Positions 63,631-64,000 of a DNA stretch of 64,000 bases are shown in pieces (positions within the stretch are counted from its first letter, which is position 1; each line of letters opens with the position of its first letter). The notes beneath the pieces were generated by a model. It made no database searches. It saw only the letters and a program-made list of their open reading frames with translations, and was not told the origin of the DNA. The stretch is from Somniosus microcephalus (taxonomy: Eukaryota): positions 31,186,001 to 31,250,000 of the forward strand of contig CM126228.1 of the NCBI GenBank assembly GCA_052327205.1. The letters run 5' to 3'. The position numbers and the translations under genes were made by a program.

Positions 63631-63674
63631 TTAAAATACTCTCCTATTTAAAATACTCTCCTATAAACTCCTAT
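63631..63674 (+). repeat. 17-bp tandem duplication with partial third copy
   Basis: TTAAAATACTCTCCTAT twice (63631-63664), then AAACTCCTAT. Confidence 0.85.
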
Positions 63675-64000
63675 GTACAGCCGAATTACACTCTACCAAC
63701 CTATAGGCGCTGCGTTCTTTGATTTATTGCGTGAAGTTTCTGAACACAGTATGATAACTTGTCCTTGTATTGTTACGCGCTACACAAACGTATTACTTTG
63801 GAGTCCAGTAAAATAGTCTTCACAAAAGAGGCGACGCTGTGAAATAGTCAGTGTCCCCACCAAACGGCTTGTTGTCATCTATATTTTAATGTTGTGCTAA
63901 GGCGATGAAATTGGCTTTATCAAAGAGCATAACTTTGAAATTATGTTTCATTAATAGACGTTGAAGTTTATTTTAACACAATCGGCGGCTGCAATATAAT

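Noticed and set aside
63631-63674. CRISPR-like or functional repeat array
   Set aside because: Only two adjacent 17-bp copies with no spacers, in eukaryotic DNA; simple slippage duplication.

Overview
Vertebrate genomic DNA. The SINE/LINE repertoire points to a cartilaginous fish, probably a shark (inference). The window has two halves. (1) About 1-28 kb is transposon-rich. An intact-looking PIF/Harbinger DNA transposon (HARBI1-like transposase plus a convergent partner ORF) has inserted into the integrase of a Ty3/Gypsy LTR retrotransposon, which itself abuts or interrupts a Deu-type SINE. Further along are a second, deleted Harbinger with TIRs and an ATT target duplication, CR1, L2, Rex1/Babar and Penelope fragments, two SINE families and a TIR-bounded MITE-like element, many of them nested. 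(2) About 28-64 kb has no recognisable transposons and holds the three-exon nuclear receptor gene NR2F2 (COUP-TFII; CDS 42134-42554, 43303-43830, 45203-45477; 407 aa), with its promoter, long 3' UTR and many probable cis-regulatory elements. The most striking observation is that the Gypsy element has no tRNA primer-binding site. Instead its 23-nt leader plus start codon is complementary (14 bp + 7 bp) to the R region of its own LTR, so one fold would cover the PBS position, mask the 5' polyA signal and sequester the gag AUG. Other leads are a YLDN RT motif, a minimal hammerhead ribozyme in the Penelope fragment, a cluster of hairpins at 27.7-28.0 kb, two further hairpins downstream of NR2F2, and repeated nuclear-receptor DR1-like sites suggesting autoregulation. 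All calls were made by eye, without database searches.
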